Notes under the pieces: model-generated
The model's database searches: none
Told to the model about the DNA's origin: nothing
Seen by the model: the letters and a program-made list of their open reading frames with translations, nothing else
Shown: positions 1 through 6,717 of the stretch, one piece after another
Numbering within the stretch: the first letter of the stretch is position 1
How the letters are laid out: the number at the start of each line of letters is the position of its first letter
Assembly (NCBI RefSeq): GCF_006345805.1
Contig: NW_021828296.1
Span: 1 to 8,789 of the forward strand
Direction: 5' to 3'
Origin: Octopus sinensis
Lineage: Eukaryota
Length of the DNA: 8,789 nt
Made by a program: the position numbers and the translations under genes

Positions 1-139
1 TGAATCAATTACGGCAATCACTCTTGTAAAAATTCCAATCTGTAGTTGTGCTTTAGACTTTTATGATCCCCATATCACATGGCAAGCATTGACTTTAAAT
101 ATGCACGATGTGACATTGCCGTTTGGTCACCGACATTTC

Positions 140-520
140 AAGCATTATATTTGGAAAAAGAATTAACAATTATCAAAATCTATTTTAGTAACATATCATA
201 TCTAGCCATCATTCATTGCCGAATATATTCTGAGGTCAATTAAATCCGCAATGTATCTGTCCCTACATTTCCTTGCAATGATTTGAGTAATTGGAGACTT
301 CGTAGACAATAATTTTTTGGACTAAAAGGAGTATTATCTGACAGAAGCACAAAGCTAAATCACTAGAGATTTCATCTCTATTTAATCCATAATAGATTTC
401 TTAATTTCAAAAAAAGCCGGTCTCTTCCAAGTGGTTATTTCCGCCTAACTTTTATTTATTAAGTTCCACTTCCACGCCACTTAATTATATTTCATCTTCA
501 CATAAAAAACGCAATTAAGC
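140..520 (-). pseudogene. Decayed retroviral-type DDE integrase, zinc-binding region plus start of rve core (Ginger/Gypsy/KRBA2-like)
   Basis: Manual minus-strand translation across frameshifts and stops: RFLCEDE...NNHL/GRDRLF/..IYYGLNRDEISSDLALC.CQ (H...CxxC zinc-binding end), then PITQIIARKCRDRYIADLIDLRIYSAMNDG (DLIDL at ~232-246 holds the first catalytic Asp), then IIVNSFSKY (~147-173). Boundaries approximate. Confidence 0.7.
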
Positions 521-627
521 TCATTTTTCGAAAATATGTTTTATTCCGCTTGATTGACGATGTATCAATGTTAGTGTTTTCATTTTTTCGATTTTTCTAC
601 TGTTTCCTATATACAGTAAAGCCTCTA

Positions 628-746
628 GTGCTCGCCACCTCTGTTACTCGCCACTCTATTGCTCGCTACATATTTTTCAAAAAATTAAAAATTTCTAGTA
701 AATTTTGATAAATATTCTATTGCTCGCCATTTTCTAAATCTCGCCA
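628..746 (+). repeat. pogo subterminal repeats (TTGCTCGCCA core), left cluster; partner cluster at 2513-2544
   Basis: Variants of TTGCTCGCCA at 628-637, 644-653, 659-668, 720-729, 737-746, 2513-2522 and 2531-2540. An exact 20-bp direct repeat ATTCTATTGCTCGCCATTTT lies at 714-733 and 2525-2544. The core is also part of the TIR, so these are likely transposase-binding sites (inference). Confidence 0.8.
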
Positions 747-803
747 TTAATTTTTTTAAATATTTTTGGTTAAACTTTTTTTTACATAAAATATTTCAAC
801 CAC

Positions 804-1120
804 TGTTGACGGCGTCACTCGTCAATCGGAATGCATGTATGCATGGAACCTTCCGCCGAAATGATGACAGTGAGATTCGAACCCGGAGCTTCGGAAAACT
901 ACTAAGTTCTTCAAGCACTGCGGAACGGATGTCTACTTCAGCCACACTCGAAAAGAATAATTAGATGGAGCAGAGATACATGTCTTCGTTCGGGACGTCT
1001 TCCTCTGGATTAATTAGTTTCCTAATAACATGTTCCTCTCTGTCTTGATCTTATGTGGCTGGCCCAAGCGAGATGTTCACATTCCGTTCTCATTTTGCGA
1101 CAGGGCTTCTTGTTGTTTTG
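804..1120. mobile_element. 317-bp insertion (SINE or LINE 3' fragment) in the pogo 5' region, flanked by a 10-bp TSD
   Basis: Exact direct repeat TTTCAACCAC at 794-803 and 1121-1130 brackets a segment visibly richer in GC than the pogo flanks. It has a hairpin TTGACG-8nt-CGTCAA at 806-825 and a TTG-rich end at ~1110-1120. Orientation unresolved. Confidence 0.7.
872..944 (-). promoter_or_regulatory. tRNA-like internal Pol III promoter (A box/B box), degenerate
   Basis: Minus strand reads TGGCTGAAGTAG (944-933, A-box-like), then ~46 nt later CCGGGTTCGAATCTC (886-872, close to the B-box GGTTCGAATCC). The T-stem and acceptor stem do not pair, so this is not a functional tRNA. Confidence 0.5.
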
Positions 1121-1142
1121 TTTCAACCACGCTAAATTCAAC

Positions 1143-2379
1143 ATGCGTAAGTGCACAAGATTGTCTTTTATGAAAAACGTCGCATTATTGCGTACATGGA
1201 GGAGAACAAAAGTCTCACGATGGACCGTATAGCTTACATTTTCTTCGTTTTGAAGAAAAAAATATCTCGAAGGGCTGTGAACGATTTAAGATTTGGAAAA
1301 GAGAAAATAATGTCTACTGATCCCTTTTCTCCAATAAGAAGAGATTATCTAAACTTATTATTCTGTTATTGACACCGAACTATTAACTTGGATGGAATTC
1401 TTCAAAGGACATTTAATAAACTTAAATTTGAGTTTATGTTAGAAAAATTGAAAATGGAGAAAATCTACTGGAAGCTCATAAAAAATTAACCTTAAAAGAC
1501 GGTCTTCTTTTTACATATTTTGTCTGGAAAAAAGTAATGACCAAAACAATTACAAAGTGTTTCGGACATTCAAAATGGATCGAATGTGAAAATCAACTCG
1601 AAAAACCAAACTGTTGAAATTGATAATTATGATCAAATGGTAAATATTTTGAAAATATTAGACCCGGTGGATAAAGATGATTTATTAATCATGAATTTAC
1701 CGAATAGATGAAATTGAAGATTACCTTAATATTGCTGGAGATTCTTTCCCACAAAAATATGACGATGAAGATACTCATAATGACGAATCTCATGTGAATT
1801 CAGAAGAGGCTTTGAAAATGTTGAAAAGAATAAAGTCATTCTTTTATCAAAATGAAAATTTTGATATAAATTCGTGGAACTAATTGACACCGTTATAGTT
1901 AGTTATGTTACCCCGGCTTCACTAAAACGTAGGAAGCCGGCTGCAATCAGGTAGCAAGACGCGAAGATCGGGCGCTCCCAGAGATCCCGAATTCCAATAG
2001 GCGGAGACAGGTGAGGCGGTCCAGGACAGGGGAAGAGGTCTTCAGGAGTGAAGGAACGTTATGTTTCGAAAATGAGTGGATGGCTGTCCCGAGCGAATCT
2101 GAGCAAGCTGGACAAGGAGATATCTGCCGAGTGATTGCTCTGAGGAGTGGGAACGGCGGGGGGGAGAGTTGAGAAGTTTGTTGTTTTTAAGCATCCTGAT
2201 AGCACGAAGAGGAGATGTAGTCATGGATTAGTTTATCGCAGTTTTCCCATTGTTGTTGAGAGTATTTGAAAGACATCTACATTGATCGGCCAGAGTAGAA
2301 ATGATGTGTCTTTTGTTTCTCACACGTTATTAGAAATATGGCTAAATTTAAAAAAAAAACTATTAAAGATTTTTTTTAG
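1143..2379 (+). pseudogene. pogo/Tigger transposase remnant (N-terminal HTH, post-catalytic DDE_1 end, acidic tail), interrupted at 1899-2321
   Basis: ATG 1143 MRKCTRLSF/YEKRRIIAYMEENKSLTMDRIAYIF..KKISRRAVNDL (CENP-B-type HTH). DTELLTW then joins at ~1385-1400 to LDGILQRTFNKLKFEFMLEK...KKLTLKDGLLFTYFVWKKVMTKTITKCFGHS, followed by an acidic tail and SEEALKMLKRIKSFF. After removing the LINE insert, the end reads IDTVIRNMAKFKKKTIKDFF-TAG (2377-2379). Confidence 0.85.
1899..2321 (-). mobile_element. 5'-truncated 3' end of an APE-type LINE (Ingi/Vingi/I-group-like)
   Basis: Minus strand across frameshifts: KLIHD..LKNNKLLNSPP..SEQSL...LAQIRSG...CP..PH...RDLWERP, resembling the ORF2 C-terminus of I-group elements. 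It ends in a TAACATAACTAA microsatellite-like tail. Near-TSD ACACCGTTATAG (1887-1898) / ACACGTTATTAG (2322-2333); removing the insert restores the pogo reading frame. Confidence 0.8.
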
Positions 2380-2780
2380 TTAATTTTTCCTTTTAATTTC
2401 TTTCGATTCTCTTGGTTTCTTGCTGAAATATGACTTTGAAGGATCACTTGGAAAGTATCGAAAACGAGATGTTTTCAAAATTTCAAAGTCAAAAAATTTA
2501 TTAATTATTTCCATTGCTCGCCAAATTCTATTGCTCGCCATTTTTTCTTCGGTCCTGAAAATGGCGAGCCAGAGGTTTACTGCAGCGGTTCTCAACCTTT
2601 TTTAGACTGGGGACCACTTTTGCACTATAAAATTTTGTGGGGACCACCTTAAATAAAATAAACATTTTTTGGTATTAGCGCACAATTTTGGCCTCGTCAG
2701 GGCCAGGTTTAGACATGTTCGAATATTTATTATAAAAATAACATGGAACATTATGAAAATAACAGAAAATTTAATAGTAA

Positions 2781-3170
2781 TTAGTGAGATTTCTGATCTT
2801 GTTTGCTCAGAATAATTTACTTATATCAGGCTCTATGTTCGACAAAGCTACTCGCATATCATCTTGTACCCGTAGTCTATTTCTATATTTTGTTTTTAGA
2901 AAGTCAGACACGACATCGCCATTTCACAGTGATAAGTAGTGGGGCTGTGAATCAAACTTCGTTCTTTGACTTTAAAATATTCATGTGAGGAAGAATTTTC
3001 TGGGTGTACAGACTCTTTGTGGCGCCTAAGTTGAGAAGGTTTCAGTGAATTGTTTCCCAAAATTTTATGGCAAATCATGCATTTTGCCTTTATTTCATTA
3101 TTGGCCAATGAATTAGTGAATCCAAATGTACGTAAGAATCCGACCAAAGACGACGATTCTTGTTAACCAT
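2781..3170 (-). pseudogene. hAT (Buster) transposase remnant: BED zinc finger joined to the extreme C-terminus
   Basis: ATG at 3170: MVNKNRRLWSDSYV/FGFT...KCMICHKILGNNSLKPSQLRRHKESVHP...EYF (BED finger CxxC...H...H). It continues directly into PTTYHCEMAMSCLTF/LKTKYRNRLRVQDDMRVALSNIEPDISKL/ILSKQDQKSH-TAA (stop 2783-2781), the typical Buster C-terminus. Includes ORF 2896-3147. Confidence 0.88.
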
Positions 3171-3203
3171 AACTAGAATGATAAACCACGCTAATCAAAT
3201 CAG

Positions 3204-3576
3204 ATTAATTTCAATGTTTTTGATTTATACTTAATTGTAAAATTAGTTTTAAATTTAATATATTGTTATTTTTCGAAAATTCCTGCGGGCCACTAAAAAT
3301 TTTCTGGGGACCACGATTGAGAACCGCTTGATTAATTTCAATGTTTTTGATTTATACTTAATTGTACAATTAGTTTTAACTGAATATATATTTATTTTTC
3401 GAAAATTCCTGGGGACCACTAAAAATTTTTGGGGACCACGATTGAGAACCGCTGATTAATTCAATGTTTTTGATTTATACTTATTGTACAATTGTTTTAA
3501 CTTAATATATTTTTTTTTTTCGAAAATTCCTGGGGACCACTAAAAATTTTCTGGGGACACGGTTGAGAACCGCCTG
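3204..3576. repeat. Three tandem copies (127/124/122 bp) of the hAT 5' terminus, each ending in a TIR
   Basis: Units 3204-3330, 3331-3454 and 3455-3576. Each starts ATTAAT(T)TCAATGTTTTTGATTTATAC and ends GAGAACCGC(T/-/C)TG. Confidence 0.95.
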
Positions 3577-3914
3577 TGTTTTACTGTATAGTCTCACTAC
3601 ACGCATGTTTCAAGCTTTTTTAAATAAAAAATAATAATGTGATTCTAGAAAAATAAATAATTGTTTATTATGTCAGACTAATTTTTTAAATTTATATTTT
3701 TTTCCGGCCATTTGTGACAAGTGTAGATTATTCGGCATGTATTTTATTCCGACTGTGACATAATATTTTGAAACTTTTTTTAGTTTTTAAAAGAATTTGA
3801 CAACACATTTATTAACTTTTATAATTAATTATGCATGTCAATAATTTCCAAAATACTTTTGAATGTCGTTTATTCATCAAAAACAGAGACACCGAAGAAA
3901 ACAAGGAAAGATCG

Positions 3915-4799
3915 TTAACGGGAGATTAACGAGTCACCGAAGTGTCTCTTTAATTGCGTATCCCCAATTATAGTCAGTGTCGACAAAACTTTCTTCAAGA
4001 CCATCCGAATCGTGGGCACATAGGATTCTTGCAAGCTTTCTAGTTCTCGCCGGCGCAGTGAACTCCCCAAAAGGCCGGGATCCACCGTCCAATTGAGATC
4101 AGTCAAATTCCCGGATCTTGGTTGCCTGGGTTGACCGCCCCTCTTCCGTCTTCCCTGGCCTTTTCCGCAATCTGTTGAGAGAGTGCGAAGGAACACCCCT
4201 GGGGAGTGGATTTCAGGGTGATCTAGTGGGCTGCTATGTTAGTAATAAACTAGAGAATGGTGTTTGCTCTTGGGACCATAGTTCTCACACGGTTCTTAAC
4301 TATGGCGAACTTTTCGGTGGTCAGCGGATTGAGGCGCATTCTTTTCCTCAGCCTCATCAACAAAATCTCATAGATGGACTTTGGCCTTGAATGCAACTCT
4401 TGATTGCATTAAAAAATCTTCTACTGGCTGGGGGTCAATGCGTACGACGGGTCATCTATTGCCTCTTTGGCCATACTCATTTCCTGTCTTTCGGGCGGCT
4501 GACTCCTCTGGGGTCAGTTCTATCTCTCCTAAATCCACCGTGAAGTTCTTATACATAAGACTGAATAAGATCCCTTTGATAATGGGATCCTCGGCCTCGA
4601 GGACACTTCTGGAAAGAAGAGCTTGATGACAGTTAGCATTCCGCCCAATCGTGCTCATAAAAAGAATTATCATGGGATTAGTTTTCCTAGAATCATCCTG
4701 GCAATGTCGGTGTAAGAAGACGAGTCGCAGACTGTCATAATATCTATCTTCTCTAGCAATTTGAATATTCTTTATGAGTGATAACCCGTTAAAGTTTAA
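3915..4799 (-). other. Unassigned GC-rich degenerate coding segment
   Basis: Hand count gives 33/60 GC at 4081-4140 versus 11/60 at 3601-3660. Successive long minus-strand frames: 4799-4452 open; MSMAKEAIDDPSY...KSIYEILLMRLRKRMRLNPLTTEKFAIVKNRVRTMVPRANTIL; ORF 4196-3915. AATAAA on the minus strand at 3874-3869. I recognise no family motif. Confidence 0.4.
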
Positions 4800-4918
4800 A
4801 AAAGTTATTTGTGTTGTTTAAATCAGAAATGTACTATAATATAACCAAAAAAATGTTAAATTTTGTTATCGTGGTGTTGTGCATGTCCGTTTTTATCAAT
4901 AAGAAGAAAGCGAATCCC

Positions 4919-6717
4919 ATGGGCCTTTCTGCAGAATCAAATAATAAAAACAGTATAGTGGATGCAGGAGTGTTGTCTCTGGGGCTGGATAACGGCACAA
5001 GAACTAATATTAACATAATCCTACAGTTGAAAGTCGTGCTGCACCAACTAACTTTCATTCCCTGTCCGCCATCATTAAGGATGTCAAGTGTGTCTCTGAG
5101 ACTGAATGGGTGTCTCAGGTGTTCTATGCTATCAAAGAAAGATTTGGAAGGATGCCTAGAGGTGGCTGGGATCTCATTCTGAAAGAGTTCAATGAAAAAT
5201 ACTTAAAGTGCTATGCCAACTAAAAAAATGGTCAAACCACTAAATGGGAATCAAAATGTAGGGAAAGAGGCGATTGTAGTGAAGGAAAATCTAACATGAA
5301 TATTGAAATTCCATTCTTTCAAGAATTGCCTAGAAGAACTCAAAGTCCAACTCGAAAGAATCAAATCTATTCCTAGAGAGTCTCGAAAACCTATCCCAAA
5401 AATCCAAAAAAATAAAGTGAAAACTAATATTCTGTCGGGATTGAATTCTGCAATTTATCATATTACAGAAGATAATCCTCCACAAAATATGATCAGATTA
5501 CAGACATATTATATGCTGCACAGTGTGCTTATTTGGCCTTAACTATAAGGCCTAAAACAAAAAGCACATGGTTGGAAAATACAGAAAACAAAATTTCAAA
5601 ATTAGCAGCTGAAATTAAATTAGTGAATTCCTTTTCGAGACAAGCATTACCTCAATCTGAAAAGAAAAATGTAATAATATTCTCTGCCGCTACGGATATA
5701 AGAAATCTAAAAAAGGAGAGCTAATGAGAATTGAGGCTTTAATGAATGATCTAATCAGAATTAAAGAGAAACAAATATCCATTTATAACTCGAGGAAAGA
5801 GTTCCGAAAAGACAATGCGTGCTTTGAATTAAACCATAATGAAGAAACCTTATATGGCCTTGATGATGATGAGTGTTTGTTATTCTGGGAGGACGTCTGG
5901 AGAAAGAAAAATATGGATCACGTTTCGTATAATTGTGTGGATGTGAGGTCTACCGGTGGTGAAGCTATGGGAACCTCAATTCACAAATGAGTTGGTTAAA
6001 GATATGCTCAAATATGTGCCTGATTGGAAGGCGTGCGGATGCGATGGAACATATAACTTTTTCATCAAGAAAATGGAATCATTACATGAATTCTTGTGTA
6101 ATGAAGTAATCCGGATAATCAAGGGTGAGTACATACCCGAGAGTTGGTTTTACACGGGATTAACTCACTTGATTCCAAAAAAAGATGATTGTGAGAATTC
6201 AAAGGATTTACGTCCTATAACGTGTATGCCAACTTTGTACAAGCTTGTAACGAAGTGTGTGAATGTTAAACTCTTTGACTTTGTGGATGGATTTGGGCTG
6301 ATTTCAGACAATCAACTCGGAACCAGAAAGCAATGTCAGGGTGCGAAAGAGCAAGCACTTATTAATCAATGCTTGAACAAGGAATATGGAAACAGTCTGT
6401 ACTCTGCTTGGGTGGATGTAAAGAAAGTTTTTGACGCGGTTGATCACCAATTTTTATTCCACAATGAAAATGATTTAAAAGAATTGATTGGTTCAGTAAA
6501 GCTAACCCGAGAAATTTTACAAGGAGATTCATTATCCCCATTGCTATTTGTTATGGTAATGGATCCCCTAAGCAGGATCCTGAACTCTAAATTTCCCAAA
6601 TTGCAAATTAATCAGGAGGATCTAAATATGTTGACATATTCTACCAATCACCTATTTTTTATTGACGATCTAAAGATATTTCCTCTTAAAGAGAACACTG
6701 TTATTAAAATGATGAAG
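4919..6717 (+). mobile_element. RLE-type non-LTR retrotransposon (R4/Dong-like), frameshifted, 3' half missing
   Basis: N-terminal region RMPRGGWDLILKEFNEKY...RKEFRKDNACFELN...FWEDVW. RT motifs WKACGCDG, RPITCMPTLYK, NQLG..CQGAKEQ, AWVDVKKVFD, QGDSLSPLLF and NHLFFIDDLK (YADD equivalent). RT stops after TVIKMMK; no CCHC or restriction-like endonuclease follows. Start position approximate. Confidence 0.85.

Larger units (their letters stand above)
614..2582 (+). mobile_element. pogo/Tigger-family DNA transposon, internally deleted, with nested insertions (outer TSD displaced to 3587-3588 by the hAT insertion)
   Basis: TA (612-613) precedes the left TIR CAGTAAAGCCTCTAGTGCTCGCCA (614-637). The right TIR TGGCGAGCCAGAGGTTTACTG (2562-2582) matches its reverse complement except for three single-base gaps. 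TTTACTG-TA recurs at 3580-3588. A CENP-B/pogo-type transposase remnant lies inside. Confidence 0.9.
2583..3576 (-). mobile_element. Buster/Charlie-type hAT non-autonomous deletion derivative (994 bp)
   Basis: TIR CAGCGGTTCTCAACC (2583-2597) / GGTTGAGAACCGCCTG (3561-3576, one extra C). Subterminal GGGGACCAC at 2609, 2639, 3306, 3411, 3431 and 3532. Near-TSD GTTTACTG (2575-2582) / TTTTACTG (3579-3586) has the nnnTAnnn form typical of Buster targets. Confidence 0.9.

Noticed and set aside
806-825. Helitron 3' hairpin
   Set aside because: There is no CTRR terminus or A-T insertion site, and the insert has a 10-bp TSD, which Helitrons do not make.
872-950. Functional tRNA gene on the minus strand
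   Set aside because: The T-stem (CCGGG/CTCAC) and acceptor stem do not pair and there is no anticodon arm; only promoter-box remnants are present.
1124-1134. AACCACGCTAA shared near the pogo and hAT start codons (also at 3184-3194)
   Set aside because: It is only an 11-bp match, in opposite orientation relative to the two ORFs, and partly overlaps a TSD; likely chance.
2042-2988. Short ORFs 2042-2224, 2380-2595, 2420-2605 and 2803-2988 as genes
   Set aside because: They are part-frame or antisense readings of the LINE tail, pogo terminus and hAT C-terminus, and some run across TIR junctions.
3204-3576. CRISPR-like array
   Set aside because: Units are ~125 bp and repeated along their whole length, with no unique spacers. 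They end in hAT TIRs.
3700-3810. TGTCAC/TGTTG-type termini as the 5' end of the left integrase element
   Set aside because: There are several equally good candidates and no partner TIR or TSD in the window to choose among them.
3895-4125. Orthomyxovirus resemblance (CCTTGTTTTCT near 3906-3896 on the minus strand; NPGNQD versus influenza NP NPGNAE)
   Set aside because: The matches are too short, there is no adjacent A-tract, and the flanking residues do not align.
4223-4423. Alternative genetic code (TAA/TAG = Gln), suggested by four in-frame stops at 4423, 4411, 4252 and 4225 on the minus strand
   Set aside because: The hAT and pogo transposases end at TAA and TAG exactly at their conserved C-termini. 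C-to-T decay of CAA/CAG explains such stops, and two can be bypassed by a frameshift. Not fully excluded if the island came from another organism.
4118-4626. Ambigrammatic (both-strand, narnavirus-like) coding
   Set aside because: Only 4118-4390 is codon-aligned with a minus-strand frame, and that frame contains stops. 80-90-codon antisense ORFs are unremarkable at this GC content, and there are no RdRp motifs.
4811-5182. ORFs 4811-5182 (+) and 4834-5058 (-) as independent or secreted proteins
   Set aside because: The hydrophobic start comes from T-rich leader sequence. The recognisable R4-like N-terminus lies in another frame from ~5015 onward.
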